The notes below the pieces were generated by a model. It saw only the letters and a list, made by a program, of their open reading frames with translations. It was not told the origin of the DNA and ran no database searches. This document shows positions 1-8,925 of a stretch of DNA of 64,000 bases, piece after piece. Source of the stretch: an uncultured Acidobacteriota bacterium. Lineage in GTDB: Bacteria > Acidobacteriota > Thermoanaerobaculia > UBA5066 > Gp7-AA6. Where the stretch lies: assembly GCA_963847075.1 (NCBI GenBank), contig CAWJYL010000002.1:1276725-1340724 (forward strand), read 5' to 3'. The translations under genes were made by a program, and so were the position numbers. Numbering within the stretch: the stretch's first letter is position 1; the number at the start of each line of letters is the position of its first letter.

Positions 1-250
1 AAGAGCGGCGCCGGCGCCCATTTCGGCTGAAACGACCGCTGGGGAAATTGCCGGTCGACCGCTCGCGCCAGATGCCACAGAGAATCCGCCGCGCGCTGAA
101 CCCCTGCATACACTGCTCTTCGCATGTTCGACCCGCCCTTCCGATGTTTCGAGGTTCGCGGCCTGTTCCCCCGCCGGGGAGAAGGGCCGCCCGCCATCAC
201 TGGTATTGAATTCTAGCCGAAATCGGGCGGCGAAGAGGGGTTGCTCGCGG

Positions 251-1381
251 TCATGCCGGACGCAGCGCCCCCGCGAATCGCTCGATGGAAAAGGCGGAAA
301 GATCGCGCGGTGGCCCGTCGGTCAGCCGGTCGGCCATTGCCACCGCCGTCACCGGCGCGAGCAGAATCCCGTTGCGAAAGTGGCCCGTGGCGAAGAAGAG
401 GCCGGGTATGGGAGACTCCCCGAGCACCGGGAGGCCGTCCGGCGTTCCGGGACGCAGGCCGGACCAGGCCGTCACGAACCGCGCCGCGGCAATGGCCGGC
501 AGCAACCGCACCGCCGCCGCGATCAGCCGCTCGACCGCATCCGCCGTCACCTCCTTGCGGAAGCCCACGAACTCGACGGTCGACCCGAGGAGAAGGGTGC
601 CGTCCGGCCGTGGAACCACGTACACATCCTCCGAGCACACGATCCGGGACAACGGCTGCCGGGGCACGCAAAGCTGGACGATCTGCCCGCGCACGGGCTC
701 GACCGGGACGCAGAGAGGCAGAGCCGGGTCGAGAGCCGCCCAGGCTCCCGCCGCATCGACGACGGCGCCCGCGCCGATCCTTCCCTCGTCCGTCTCGACG
801 CCACGGCACGCGCCCCCGTCGATCCAGAAGCGGAGAACCGACACACCCGTCCGCACGCGGGCGCCTCGCCGCTCGGCCAGGAGCCACAGCGCGCGCGACA
901 GAAGACGCGGATCCACGACGGCTTCCTCCGGAAAGAGAATGGCCTCGCACACCAGGCCGGAAAGGCGCCCGTCGACCTCGCCCTCGAGCTCCGGCAGCCG
1001 CAAGTCGGTCAGCGGCAACCCCGCTGCCCTTTGCCATGCGTATTCGCCGGACAGCCACTGCTGCGCCGAGCCGGTCTCGAACGCGCACCGCAAGAGCCCC
1101 GTCCGTCGGTAACCCACGTCAATTCCGGTTTCGTCTGCGAGCGCGCCGGCCCATGCGGGATACAGGTCTCGGCTCTCGAGTGCGAAATCGAAGAACGGGC
1201 CCGGCCCATGCGCCTCGGCCTGCGGCGCGAGCATTCCTGCCGCCGCGCCCGAGGCCTCGGCGCCGGGCGCGGCGCGCTCGATGACGGTCACCGACCGGCC
1301 CCGGGCGGCGAGCTCGGCGGCAATGGCGCATCCGATCGCGCCTCCGCCGACGATGAGCACGTCCGGAGCCGGAGTGCTCAA
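251..1381 (-). CDS. thiO: FAD-dependent oxidoreductase, glycine oxidase ThiO-like (DAO family)
   Basis: C-terminal ~377 aa of ORF 251..1975. It has the dinucleotide-binding motif DVLIVGGGAIGCAIAAELA and the C-terminal FATGHFRNGILLAP motif. The N-terminal 200 codons of the ORF are R/G/P-rich read-through. Start placed at a TTG abutting the stop of the upstream gene at 1378; uncertain by a few codons. Confidence 0.55.
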   Translation of the reverse strand: MSTPAPDVLIVGGGAIGCAIAAELAARGRSVTVIERAAPGAEASGAAAGMLAPQAEAHGPGPFFDFALESRDLYPAWAGALADETGIDVGYRRTGLLRCAFETGSAQQWLSGEYAWQRAAGLPLTDLRLPELEGEVDGRLSGLVCEAILFPEEAVVDPRLLSRALWLLAERRGARVRTGVSVLRFWIDGGACRGVETDEGRIGAGAVVDAAGAWAALDPALPLCVPVEPVRGQIVQLCVPRQPLSRIVCSEDVYVVPRPDGTLLLGSTVEFVGFRKEVTADAVERLIAAAVRLLPAIAAARFVTAWSGLRPGTPDGLPVLGESPIPGLFFATGHFRNGILLAPVTAVAMADRLTDGPPRDLSAFSIERFAGALRPA

Positions 1382-1908
1382 CGGCGTGTTCGGAGGGGCA
1401 GGCCGAATCGTCGCGCACTCCGGAACGCGTCCCGCGCGAACCGCCCGATCGCGATCGCCGCGGCGTATCCCAGTACGCCCCCCGCCAGAGCTCCGATACA
1501 GGCGCGCGCGCCCTCGCGACGCGGCAAGGCCTTGCGGAGCAAACGGACGAGGCCCTGCCGAAGGAATTCCGAGCCGAGGCTGGCCGCCACCCCGGCCGCC
1601 GTCCCCACCGCCCGGTCGCGGCCCGAGGGCGGGCGGCCGTAAAGAATGGCGAGCGCCAGCACGAGGCGATTCAGGGCCACGGTCTGATACGCGAGGTCCA
1701 GGCCGAAGGGCATCGCGCCGAAGAAGGTCGCGGGCCCGGTCATGAGCGCGCTCGCGGCCGCGCACCGCAGCGCCGTCCGGCGAATGAGCCGCTCGGCCAG
1801 GGCGTCCCGGGAGACGCGAGGATGGCGGGACCGAAGCCGACGGACCTCGCGAACGACGAGATCGCGGTCCGTCTCGCTCAGAACGGCGCGCGCCAGAGCA
1901 GCGTACAC
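1378..1908 (-). CDS. hypothetical membrane protein
   Basis: 176-aa ORF with hydrophobic segments (FFGAMPFGLDLAYQTVALNRLVLALAILYG, AAGVAASLG, GALAGGVLGYAAAIAIG). Its stop overlaps the inferred thiO-like start. No recognisable family. Confidence 0.4.
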   Translation of the reverse strand: MYAALARAVLSETDRDLVVREVRRLRSRHPRVSRDALAERLIRRTALRCAAASALMTGPATFFGAMPFGLDLAYQTVALNRLVLALAILYGRPPSGRDRAVGTAAGVAASLGSEFLRQGLVRLLRKALPRREGARACIGALAGGVLGYAAAIAIGRFARDAFRSARRFGLPLRTRR

Positions 1909-1961
1909 GGGGAAATTCTATCAGCCGTGCTATCTTTCGCCGGATTCGGAAAGGAGCCGAC

Positions 1962-2573
1962 GTGACGAAACGCACCGCAATCGCCGTGATGATCGCCTGC
2001 GCCCTCCCCCTCGTGGCCGCGCAGCCGACGACGAAAGGAAAAGGTAAGAAAGTGGCCCGCGACTATGCCAACACGATCGCCACACTGCAGACCGACCTGG
2101 GCGACATCCAGATGAAGTTCCTCTACGACAAGGCGCCCAAGCACGTCGAGAATTTCGTGGACCTATCGGCCAGCGGCTTCTACGACGGCACGCTCTTCCA
2201 CCGCGTAATCCCCGGATTCATGATTCAGGGCGGGGATCCCAACACCAAGAAGCCGGAGACCCCGTCGACCCAGTGGGGAACGGGAGGTAATGGCAGCAAC
2301 CGGCTCAAGGCCGAGTTCAACGACACGCCCCACAAGCGCGGGGTCGTCTCGATGGCGCGGGCCGCCGACCCCAACTCGGCCTCGTCCCAGTTCTTCATCG
2401 TCGTGAAGGACTCGGGCTTCCTCGACAACCAGTACACCGCCTTCGGCGAGGTGATCTCGGGCATGGAGGTCGCCGACAAGATCGCCGCGGCTCCCCGCGG
2501 CGCGAACGACCGCCCGAACCAGCCCATCCACATCAAGAAAGTCATCCTGTCGCAGGCCCAGAGCACGAACTGA
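1962..2573 (+). CDS. ppiA: peptidyl-prolyl cis-trans isomerase, cyclophilin type, with signal peptide
   Basis: GTG start preceded by AAGGAG. N-terminal signal peptide MTKRTAIAVMIACALPLVAAQ. Cyclophilin motifs FHRVIPGFMIQGGDP and SMARAADPNSASSQFFI. Confidence 0.9.
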   Translation: MTKRTAIAVMIACALPLVAAQPTTKGKGKKVARDYANTIATLQTDLGDIQMKFLYDKAPKHVENFVDLSASGFYDGTLFHRVIPGFMIQGGDPNTKKPETPSTQWGTGGNGSNRLKAEFNDTPHKRGVVSMARAADPNSASSQFFIVVKDSGFLDNQYTAFGEVISGMEVADKIAAAPRGANDRPNQPIHIKKVILSQAQSTN

Positions 2574-2652
2574 GGGAAACTTTCAGCTGTCAGCGATCAG
2601 CCATCGGCCGGTCACCGGCTTCAGCGGTTGCCTGGCTGAAAGCTGACGGCTG

Positions 2653-3633
2653 ATGGTCGAGGGCTCGACGATACCCGCGACGGCCGGCCTCGAGGCCCTC
2701 GCGCGCGAGACCGGCCTCCGGCCGCGAAACATCGAGCCCCTCGCCGGAGACGTCGGGCGAAGGCGCTATTTCCGCCTGGCACTCGAGGACAACCACTCGG
2801 TCCTCGGCGTCGTCTATCCCGCCGAGGAGGATGACGCCCGCAACCGCTGGGTGAAGGCGCGGGTGCTCCTGAACGAACACGTGCGTGTTCCGGCACTCAT
2901 CGCCGACGACGGCCGTGGCCATCACATCGTGGAGGATCTCGGAGAGTCGGACCTGGCCGAAGGCTTCGCCGCCTCCCCTCTGGAGCGCGACGCCTGGCTC
3001 GGACGTGCCGTGGACGCCGCGGCCGCGATCGCGGCCCTTCCGGATCCCAGCATCAATCCTGCTTTCGACGCCGTCCTCTTCCGACGAGAGCTCGACCTGG
3101 CGCGCGAGGCGGTCTTCGACATGCTCCTCGGAGCACCGCTCTCCTCCGCAGACCGAGAGTCCCACGATGCCTGGGCCGACGCCCTCGTGCGCGAGGTGCT
3201 CGCGCATCCGTTCGCAACCTGCCATCGCGACTTCCACGCGAACAACCTCTTCCCGGCCGGCGAGACCGTTGCCGTCATCGACTTCCAGGATCTGCGTCGG
3301 GGTCCCGACGCCTACGACCTCGCCTCCCTGCTCTGGGAAAGGACGACGCTCGGCTGGATGTCCGAGGGAACATCGGCGGGGGCGGTCGCCCGGTTTGCGG
3401 CGATCCGGCGCCTCGACGCCACCGCGCTCGCCGCTCGCCTGCGGCGCGTTCTCCTCCAGAGGGCGTGGAAGGTCTGCGGCACGTTCGCCAGGGCGGTCGC
3501 GCAGAGACGGGGGGACACCTATCGCCGCTACCTCCCGGGCGAGCTCGCCCTCGTGAAGCGCCTGCTCTCCGATTCCCCGGAGGATCGCCGGGTCCGGAAG
3601 GTTATCGAGGCCCGCTGCAGCAGCCTCTGTTAA
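2653..3633 (+). CDS. phosphotransferase-family kinase (APH/AmgK-like)
   Basis: 326 aa. Brenner catalytic motif HRDFHANNL and a DFQD metal-binding motif (VIDFQDLRRGPDAYDLASLL). Confidence 0.7.
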   Translation: MVEGSTIPATAGLEALARETGLRPRNIEPLAGDVGRRRYFRLALEDNHSVLGVVYPAEEDDARNRWVKARVLLNEHVRVPALIADDGRGHHIVEDLGESDLAEGFAASPLERDAWLGRAVDAAAAIAALPDPSINPAFDAVLFRRELDLAREAVFDMLLGAPLSSADRESHDAWADALVREVLAHPFATCHRDFHANNLFPAGETVAVIDFQDLRRGPDAYDLASLLWERTTLGWMSEGTSAGAVARFAAIRRLDATALAARLRRVLLQRAWKVCGTFARAVAQRRGDTYRRYLPGELALVKRLLSDSPEDRRVRKVIEARCSSLC

Positions 3634-3695
3634 GCTGGTGGGGCTTTCCGGATCACGGCTCACGCCGCCGGTAAGCCGCCACGAAGGAGAAAACC

Positions 3696-3866
3696 ATGTT
3701 CGGCTCACTCGGGCTTCCGGAGCTTCTGATCATCCTGCTGATCGTGATCATCATTTTCGGGGCAAACAAGCTTCCTCAGCTCGGCAAGGGGCTCGGGCAG
3801 GGCCTGCGCAACTTCAAGGACTCGGTCAAGGGCGACGAACCGCCGCCGGACAAGCCGAAACAGTAG
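3696..3866 (+). CDS. tatA: twin-arginine translocase subunit TatA/E
   Basis: 56-aa product [52 protein letters not shown] Shine-Dalgarno 6 nt upstream. Below the size cut-off of the supplied ORF track. Confidence 0.85.
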   Translation: MFGSLGLPELLIILLIVIIIFGANKLPQLGKGLGQGLRNFKDSVKGDEPPPDKPKQ

Positions 3867-3906
3867 CAGCGAAGGGGCCCGCGGGCTCGAGCCGGAGACG
3901 ACCCAG

Positions 3907-4086
3907 TCGAGTACGGGATCCTTCGCGCCTCACGGCGCTCAGCGGGGACAGCCGAAACGATATGGGGAGCCGGACCTGTCGAGCTCGGGATCCTTCGCGC
4001 CTCACGGCGCTCAGCGGGGACAGCCGAGGCGATATGGGGAGCTGGACCTGTCGAGCTCGGGTTCCTTCGCGCCTCACGGCGCTCAG
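3907..4086. repeat. 72-bp direct tandem repeat, 2.5 copies
   Basis: Copies start at 3907, 3979 and 4051 (last one truncated). Unit: tcgagctcgggatccttcgcgcctcacggcgctcagcggggacagccgaRRcgatatggggagcYggacctg. Lies between the tatA stop and the terminator. Confidence 0.85.
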
Positions 4087-4089
4087 GAT

Positions 4090-4124
4090 GACGTTCGCGC
4101 GTGCGGCGCGAACGTCATTTTTTC
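4090..4124 (+). terminator. rho-independent terminator ending the tatA-plus-repeat transcript
   Basis: 11-bp GC stem gacgttcgcgc / gcgcgaacgtc with loop gtgcg, followed by attttttc. Confidence 0.6.
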
Positions 4125-4369
4125 TTGGCGATGTCTGGCGAGACCCGGAATTTCTCGCGCGGCAGGCGGATGTTGAGGATCCCGACTTTGTTGCGCAGCG
4201 TGTTGCGATGAATTCCGAGGGAGCTCGCGGCCCGACCCAGATTGCCCGAGGATCGCTTGACGGCGCCCACGATGTACTTCTTCTCGAACTCCTTCTTGGC
4301 GAGATCGAGGGAGATGCCGTGCGCCAGAAGCTCCTCGATGATTTCCTGGAGTTGCCCATCCAGATTCAC
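4115..4369 (-). CDS. Fis-family DNA-binding protein (helix-turn-helix)
   Basis: C-terminal HTH GNLGRAASSLGIHRNTLRNKVGIL. GTG start chosen (MNLDGQLQEIIEELL...) because it is preceded by GGGGAGGGGG; the ORF track starts 7 codons earlier at a TTG. Confidence 0.7.
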   Translation of the reverse strand: MNLDGQLQEIIEELLAHGISLDLAKKEFEKKYIVGAVKRSSGNLGRAASSLGIHRNTLRNKVGILNIRLPREKFRVSPDIAKKK

Positions 4370-4561
4370 GTTGCCCCCTCCCCAAATCAAAGAATCCGAA
4401 ACGGAAGAGGGCGCATCTTAGCAAAGCGAAACCGGAAGCGGTAGTGCGGCGCGATGCAAGGCGAGGGTGGCGGTCTTGATCGGGAACTCGGGCCGTGCGC
4501 GAATTTCCGTGCCAGAGAAATCGCGACTCCGGACAGCGGCCATCAGGAACTGCTCGGGCCC

Positions 4562-4601
4562 AAAAAAAAGAAGAGGCGCGTTGCGCCTCTCCTGATTTTT
4601 T
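4562..4601 (-). terminator. rho-independent terminator downstream of the secreted-protein gene (hairpin flanked by A-run and T-run, possibly bidirectional)
   Basis: aaaaaaaa + stem agaggcgc gttg gcgcctct + tcctgatttttt, about 23 nt past the stop at 4624. Confidence 0.55.
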
Positions 4602-4623
4602 CAGGGAAAAGGATGAAGGGGCC

Positions 4624-5532
4624 CTACTTCAATTCCACCTGGTCGCCGATCTCGATCATGCGGTCGGAGTCGATCACGCGCGCAACCGCCCAGCGGTCCC
4701 CCACGTACAGAATGGCGAGATCTCCCAGGTACGTCCGCGGAACCGACACGTTTGAAGGCGGAGGCTTGTACATCCAGAGGGAGCCCTGGGGCCGAAGCCC
4801 GTAGTCCGACCCGCTCGCGTACCGAAAGACCGAAAGCTGGTCCCCCGGCTGCACACCCTCGGCGAAACCGAGGTCCACGATGACATCGGTGTCGGCACCG
4901 ATGGCGACGAGGCCGTCCCGGGAGTAGACGATGCGCCCATTCGTCTTGCTGGTCGGGGGGTCGCACATCGCCGAGTTCGGAAGACGCCTCCCGAGCGGGA
5001 TGGGAACCGCATCATAGGCCTTGAGGAAGGAGCCCGGGGGGATGTCCGTGCACGAGTGCGTGACCTGGACGACTGCCGTGCGGCCCTCGATACACTTCAC
5101 GACCGCGCGCCCACGGTACTGGTAGAAGCGCCCCATGGCGGTGCCGCTGACCGGGTGGTAGACCATGTCCCCCGGCGTCACGATCCAGAACTCGTCGCCG
5201 GACTTGATGCCCCGGTCGTACCCGGCATCCAGGTACAACAGGTTGTAGGTCGTGTAGTCTTGCTGCTCGGCCTCGTTCTCGCCTCCGACGATCTTCGCGA
5301 CGAACGTCTCTTCGGCGGCCCCCAGATAGCCGAAGCAGTGCACTTCGCTCTCGTAGCCGAAGGGCTTGGGCGCCGCCTCCGTCGTCTGGGGAGCGGTCGA
5401 CTCGATGCGGGTGATCTGCGCCGGCGCCTGGGAAAGGCCTCCGCCGGTGAGCTGCTGGGCTCTGAGAAGGGGTGCCCCCGCCACCAGAGCGACGAGAACC
5501 ACCGGAACGGCAACGCGAGCGGGGAGACGCAT
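4624..5532 (-). CDS. secreted hypothetical protein
   Basis: 302 aa with a clear signal peptide MRLPARVAVPVVLVALVAGAPLLRAQQ. No recognisable domain. Confidence 0.6.
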   Translation of the reverse strand: MRLPARVAVPVVLVALVAGAPLLRAQQLTGGGLSQAPAQITRIESTAPQTTEAAPKPFGYESEVHCFGYLGAAEETFVAKIVGGENEAEQQDYTTYNLLYLDAGYDRGIKSGDEFWIVTPGDMVYHPVSGTAMGRFYQYRGRAVVKCIEGRTAVVQVTHSCTDIPPGSFLKAYDAVPIPLGRRLPNSAMCDPPTSKTNGRIVYSRDGLVAIGADTDVIVDLGFAEGVQPGDQLSVFRYASGSDYGLRPQGSLWMYKPPPSNVSVPRTYLGDLAILYVGDRWAVARVIDSDRMIEIGDQVELK

Positions 5533-5579
5533 GGCGACTCCTTAAAAAATACGGATCCTTGCGGTTTCTGTCCTAAAAT

Positions 5580-6440
5580 TTACTGGCTTTTGGGCTTTGT
5601 GTCAACCGCGGCGGTGGTCGGAGGCGGGTTTTCAGCCTTTTTCTGGTCGGTTTTCGACCGCGCCTTCTTTGCGTACTCGCTCTGCGGAAACTCCTCGATG
5701 ACCTTGCCAAAGTACCGCCGAGCCTCCTCGGTGCGGCCCAGGCGACCGAGCGCAACTGCCTGGTAATAGTAGAGCTTGTCCTTCCGGTCGTAGTCCGGAA
5801 AGCGCGCCTCGACGTCGGTGAATCGGGTGAGGGCGGCTACGGTCGAGCCCTTGCGCAGATAAAAATAGCCCACACCGAAGTCGTGCTCGGCGAGCAGGTC
5901 CGTGAGCCGCCGGACCCGCTCCCGCGCCGCACCCGCGTACCCCGAGTCGGGGAACTCCCGAATGAGGACGCGGTACTGCTCGATCGCCTCTTTGGTGGCC
6001 GTCTGGTCGCGGTCGGGCTTCTCGTGCTCCTTGTCCGAGCAAAGAGCGAACTGGTAACGGGCGTAGTCGCGGTTTGCGGCGCCCGGGTAGCGGTTCAGAT
6101 AGTCGCGATAGCGGTATCGAGCCTCCGTGTATGCCGCCGGAGTTGCCTCCTTGACGAAGGAGTCCGCCACGAGCAGCAAGGACTCACGGCCAATCGTCTC
6201 GTTCGGGTACGTCTCGAAGAGGTAGTTGAGGTACTTGCGCCCCTCGGCGTACTTCTTCTTGGCGATGAGCGCCTTGCCCTTTTCGAAGAGGACTTCCTTC
6301 GGCTCGGTCAAGAGCTCCTGCGTGATCTTGTCGGGCTTCTTGGCTCCCGATCCGGCGCAGGCGGCCGACAACGCCAGGGCAAGGCCGATCGCCGCCGCCC
6401 CGGCGGCCACGAGGAGTCCGGGCCCGCGCACTTGCGTCAT
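5580..6440 (-). CDS. bamD: outer membrane protein assembly factor BamD (TPR lipoprotein)
   Basis: Start MTQVRGPGLLVAAG... with lipobox LALSAAC. TPR-like repeats (YLNYLFETYPNE, YARYQFALC, DSGYAGAAR). Its ATG overlaps the rpe stop (ATGA). The 5' part of ORF 5580..6812 is read-through. Confidence 0.8.
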   Translation of the reverse strand: MTQVRGPGLLVAAGAAAIGLALALSAACAGSGAKKPDKITQELLTEPKEVLFEKGKALIAKKKYAEGRKYLNYLFETYPNETIGRESLLLVADSFVKEATPAAYTEARYRYRDYLNRYPGAANRDYARYQFALCSDKEHEKPDRDQTATKEAIEQYRVLIREFPDSGYAGAARERVRRLTDLLAEHDFGVGYFYLRKGSTVAALTRFTDVEARFPDYDRKDKLYYYQAVALGRLGRTEEARRYFGKVIEEFPQSEYAKKARSKTDQKKAENPPPTTAAVDTKPKSQ

Positions 6441-7108
6441 ACCCGCACGGAACCCATGGCCGCCTGACGCAGCCTCGCGATTGCTTCGGCGGGATTCGGA
6501 TCCCCGTAGACCGCGGTGCCCGCGACGAGAATCTCCGCGCCAGCCATGGCGAGCGCGGCCGCGTTGCCGCCGTTCACGCCGCCATCGATCTCGATCGCGA
6601 GGTGCGCGCCGGCGCCGCGCGCGGCCGCGGCGAGACCCTGCACCTTCTCGATCGACTGCCGGAGAAACGGCTGACCTCCCCACCCCGGGTTGACCGACAT
6701 CACGACGGCATAGTCGAGGTCCGGCCACGCCGCCGCGAGCGCCGCCGCCGGTGTCGCCGGGTTCAACGCAGCCCCGGCCTTCGCACCGCCGTGCCGTATG
6801 GCGGCCAGACACTTCTGGAGGTGCCGCGTGGCTTCGACGTGCACCGAGACCCAGTCCGCCCCCGCGTCGAGATACTCCGAGAGGGAGCGCTCCGGATTCT
6901 CGATCATCAGGTGGACGTCGAGCGGAAGACGTGTCGCCTTGCGCAGTGCCCGGACCACCGGCGGCCCGAGAGTGAGGTTCGGCACGAAGTGGCCGTCCAT
7001 CACGTCCACGTGAACGAGATCCGCCCCGCCCGCCTCCGCCATGGCCAGCGCATCGGCAAGCCGCGTGAAATCCGCCGACAGCAGGGACGGCGCGATCGCA
7101 ACTCTCAT
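6437..7108 (-). CDS. rpe: ribulose-phosphate 3-epimerase
   Basis: 223 aa: MRVAIAPSLLSADFTRLADALAMAEAGGADLVHVDVMDGHFVPNLTLG...VMSVNPGWGGQ. The rest of ORF 6437..7864 is read-through. Confidence 0.9.
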   Translation of the reverse strand: MRVAIAPSLLSADFTRLADALAMAEAGGADLVHVDVMDGHFVPNLTLGPPVVRALRKATRLPLDVHLMIENPERSLSEYLDAGADWVSVHVEATRHLQKCLAAIRHGGAKAGAALNPATPAAALAAAWPDLDYAVVMSVNPGWGGQPFLRQSIEKVQGLAAAARGAGAHLAIEIDGGVNGGNAAALAMAGAEILVAGTAVYGDPNPAEAIARLRQAAMGSVRV

Positions 7109-7848
7109 GAGCGCGGCGAGGCCGCGGCCTCCGGCGACCGCGACACCGTCAGCGAGACGACCTCGCGGCTCGAAAGCGGGTAGCCGGCCGGAGGAAACTG
7201 CTTCAGTACCGTGTTCGGACGAACCCCGTCGTATGCTTCGAACCGCGCGCTGCCGACCCGGAAGCCGAACTTCTCCAGGCGATCCTTCACGGTCTGCGCA
7301 TCCTTGCCGACGAAGTCGGGCATCACGATGCGGGACTCCGGTGCGCCCCGGCTGGTCAGCACACGCACGGCCTCGCCTCGCGCCGCCGGCGTGTCCGCCT
7401 CGGGGTCCTGCGCACTGATGCCCGCGGGCGCCGCCGGATCGCGGTACCACGAGGCCGGCCCGAGCTCGAGGGACTCGCGGGCGAGCTTCAGGGCCGCGGC
7501 CCGCGGAGCCAGGCCCGCGAGATCCGGAACCCGCAGTTCGCGCGGCCCGAGCGAAAGGACTACGCGAACGGTCTGCGACGGTTTGGCGAGAGATCCCCCC
7601 TCCGGCTGCTGCAAGAGGACGCGCCCGCTCGGGACCCGCTCGTCGTGGCGCGCGCGGCTGGCCTGCTCCTCCAGCCGCAGCCCGACCGCGTAGGCGGCGC
7701 GGAACGCCTCGGCCTGCGTCTTTCCCGTCAGGTCCGGCACCGTGATCGATCGGCCCATGATCGCGTTGCGAAACCCGAACCACACGGCGCCCACGAAAAC
7801 GCCGGCAAGCAGCGTGCCGTAAAGAAGGCGAAACACGAGCCGCGCCAC
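7105..7848 (-). CDS. PASTA-domain membrane protein (N-terminal TM helix plus three PASTA repeats; no kinase or PBP domain)
   Basis: TM helix LLYGTLLAGVFVGAVWFGF. Three PASTA-like repeats: ITVPDLTGKTQAEAFRAAYAVGLRL, VPDLAGLAPRAAALKLARESLEL, VMPDFVGKDAQTVKDRLEKFGFRV. Its stop overlaps the rpe start. Confidence 0.65.
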   Translation of the reverse strand: MARLVFRLLYGTLLAGVFVGAVWFGFRNAIMGRSITVPDLTGKTQAEAFRAAYAVGLRLEEQASRARHDERVPSGRVLLQQPEGGSLAKPSQTVRVVLSLGPRELRVPDLAGLAPRAAALKLARESLELGPASWYRDPAAPAGISAQDPEADTPAARGEAVRVLTSRGAPESRIVMPDFVGKDAQTVKDRLEKFGFRVGSARFEAYDGVRPNTVLKQFPPAGYPLSSREVVSLTVSRSPEAAASPRS

Positions 7849-7935
7849 AGCCGGAAGTTAACACGGGATGGTACCCTCAGTCCGGTGGAACAACGTGGCC
7901 GGCTGGCCCGTTTTCCCGGCAAAAGGAGCACCCCG

Positions 7936-8925
7936 GTGCCGTCGAGAACAGACAGCGACTCCGAGCAGCCCGGCTGGTTCGCCGATGGCCGCTTCCGCAA
8001 GGCGGACCTGCACTGCCACTCCGTCTACTCGACGTTCAAGTACTTTCGGATCGCCAACACCCGCGATTCGTACAACCGGCCCGAGGAGGTCTACCGCCTC
8101 GCCAAGGAACGGGGCATGGACTTCGTGACGATCACCGACCACGATTCGATCGACGGCTGCCTCGCCCTGCTCGACCGCGATTGCGATCTCGAGGACTTCT
8201 TCATCTCGGAGGAGGTCGAGACCTGGTTCCCGGACACGCGGCAGCGAATCCACGTCAACGTCTTCGACATCGACGAGAAGCAGCACGCGGAAATTCAGCG
8301 GCGCCGGCACAACATCTACGACCTCCATGACTACCTGAAGGCCGAGAACATCATCGCCTCGGCGAACCACATGTTTCAGAATTACCGGATGCGCAACTCG
8401 CCCCGGCACTACTTCGAGGAAATGCTCCGGATGTTCGACATTTTCGAGGTCAAGAACGGCGCGATGACCTCGCACCACAACCGGCTCGTCGAGGACCTGA
8501 TGGCGGTCGTGCGGGAAAAGCGCGGCCACGTTTCGCTCGTCGCGGGGTCCGACGCGCACACGCTGGCGCCGCTCGCACGCGTGTACACCGTGGCCGAGGC
8601 ACAGACCGTTCGGGAGTTCCTCGAGCGGGTCCGCACCGGCGCTTGCTTCGTCTGGGGCGTGGAGATGGGGTTCCGGATGCTGCTGTCGGACGTCTACCGG
8701 ATGGTCTTCAAGTACTACGGAAGCGTGCTCGACTGGAAGAATCCCGAGTTTTCGGGGGCCGAAAAGGCGCGGCACCTGGCTCTGGCGGCCGTGGGCGCGC
8801 CGTTCTCGGCGGCGGGAGTGCCGCTGGCGGTCACGACGCTGAACTATCTGAAGCAGATCTTCGTCACGAAGACGGTGGGCCAGGAACTGCTGGAGCACTG
8901 GGACGAGAAGCGCGACCCTTCCTGA
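7936..8925 (+). CDS. PHP-domain (polymerase/histidinol-phosphatase-like) metal-dependent phosphoesterase
   Basis: GTG start preceded by AAGGAG. PHP motifs DLHCHSVYS and VTITDHDSIDG. The 3' end overlaps the convergent YfhO-like gene by about 60 nt. Confidence 0.7.
   Translation: MPSRTDSDSEQPGWFADGRFRKADLHCHSVYSTFKYFRIANTRDSYNRPEEVYRLAKERGMDFVTITDHDSIDGCLALLDRDCDLEDFFISEEVETWFPDTRQRIHVNVFDIDEKQHAEIQRRRHNIYDLHDYLKAENIIASANHMFQNYRMRNSPRHYFEEMLRMFDIFEVKNGAMTSHHNRLVEDLMAVVREKRGHVSLVAGSDAHTLAPLARVYTVAEAQTVREFLERVRTGACFVWGVEMGFRMLLSDVYRMVFKYYGSVLDWKNPEFSGAEKARHLALAAVGAPFSAAGVPLAVTTLNYLKQIFVTKTVGQELLEHWDEKRDPS

Noticed and set aside
1-250. Possible partial gene at the window start.
   Set aside because: No ORF with recognisable protein features is present on either strand. 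It is left unannotated.
3907-4086. Possible CRISPR array.
   Set aside because: The repeats are contiguous 72-bp units with no unique spacers, only 2.5 copies, and there are no cas genes in the window.
3638-4444. 268-aa ORF spanning the tatA region and the 72-bp tandem repeats, with repeated peptide DPSRLTALSGDSR.
   Set aside because: It overlaps tatA out of frame and runs through a terminator hairpin into the antisense of the fis-type gene. The repeated peptide is just the translation of the DNA repeat.
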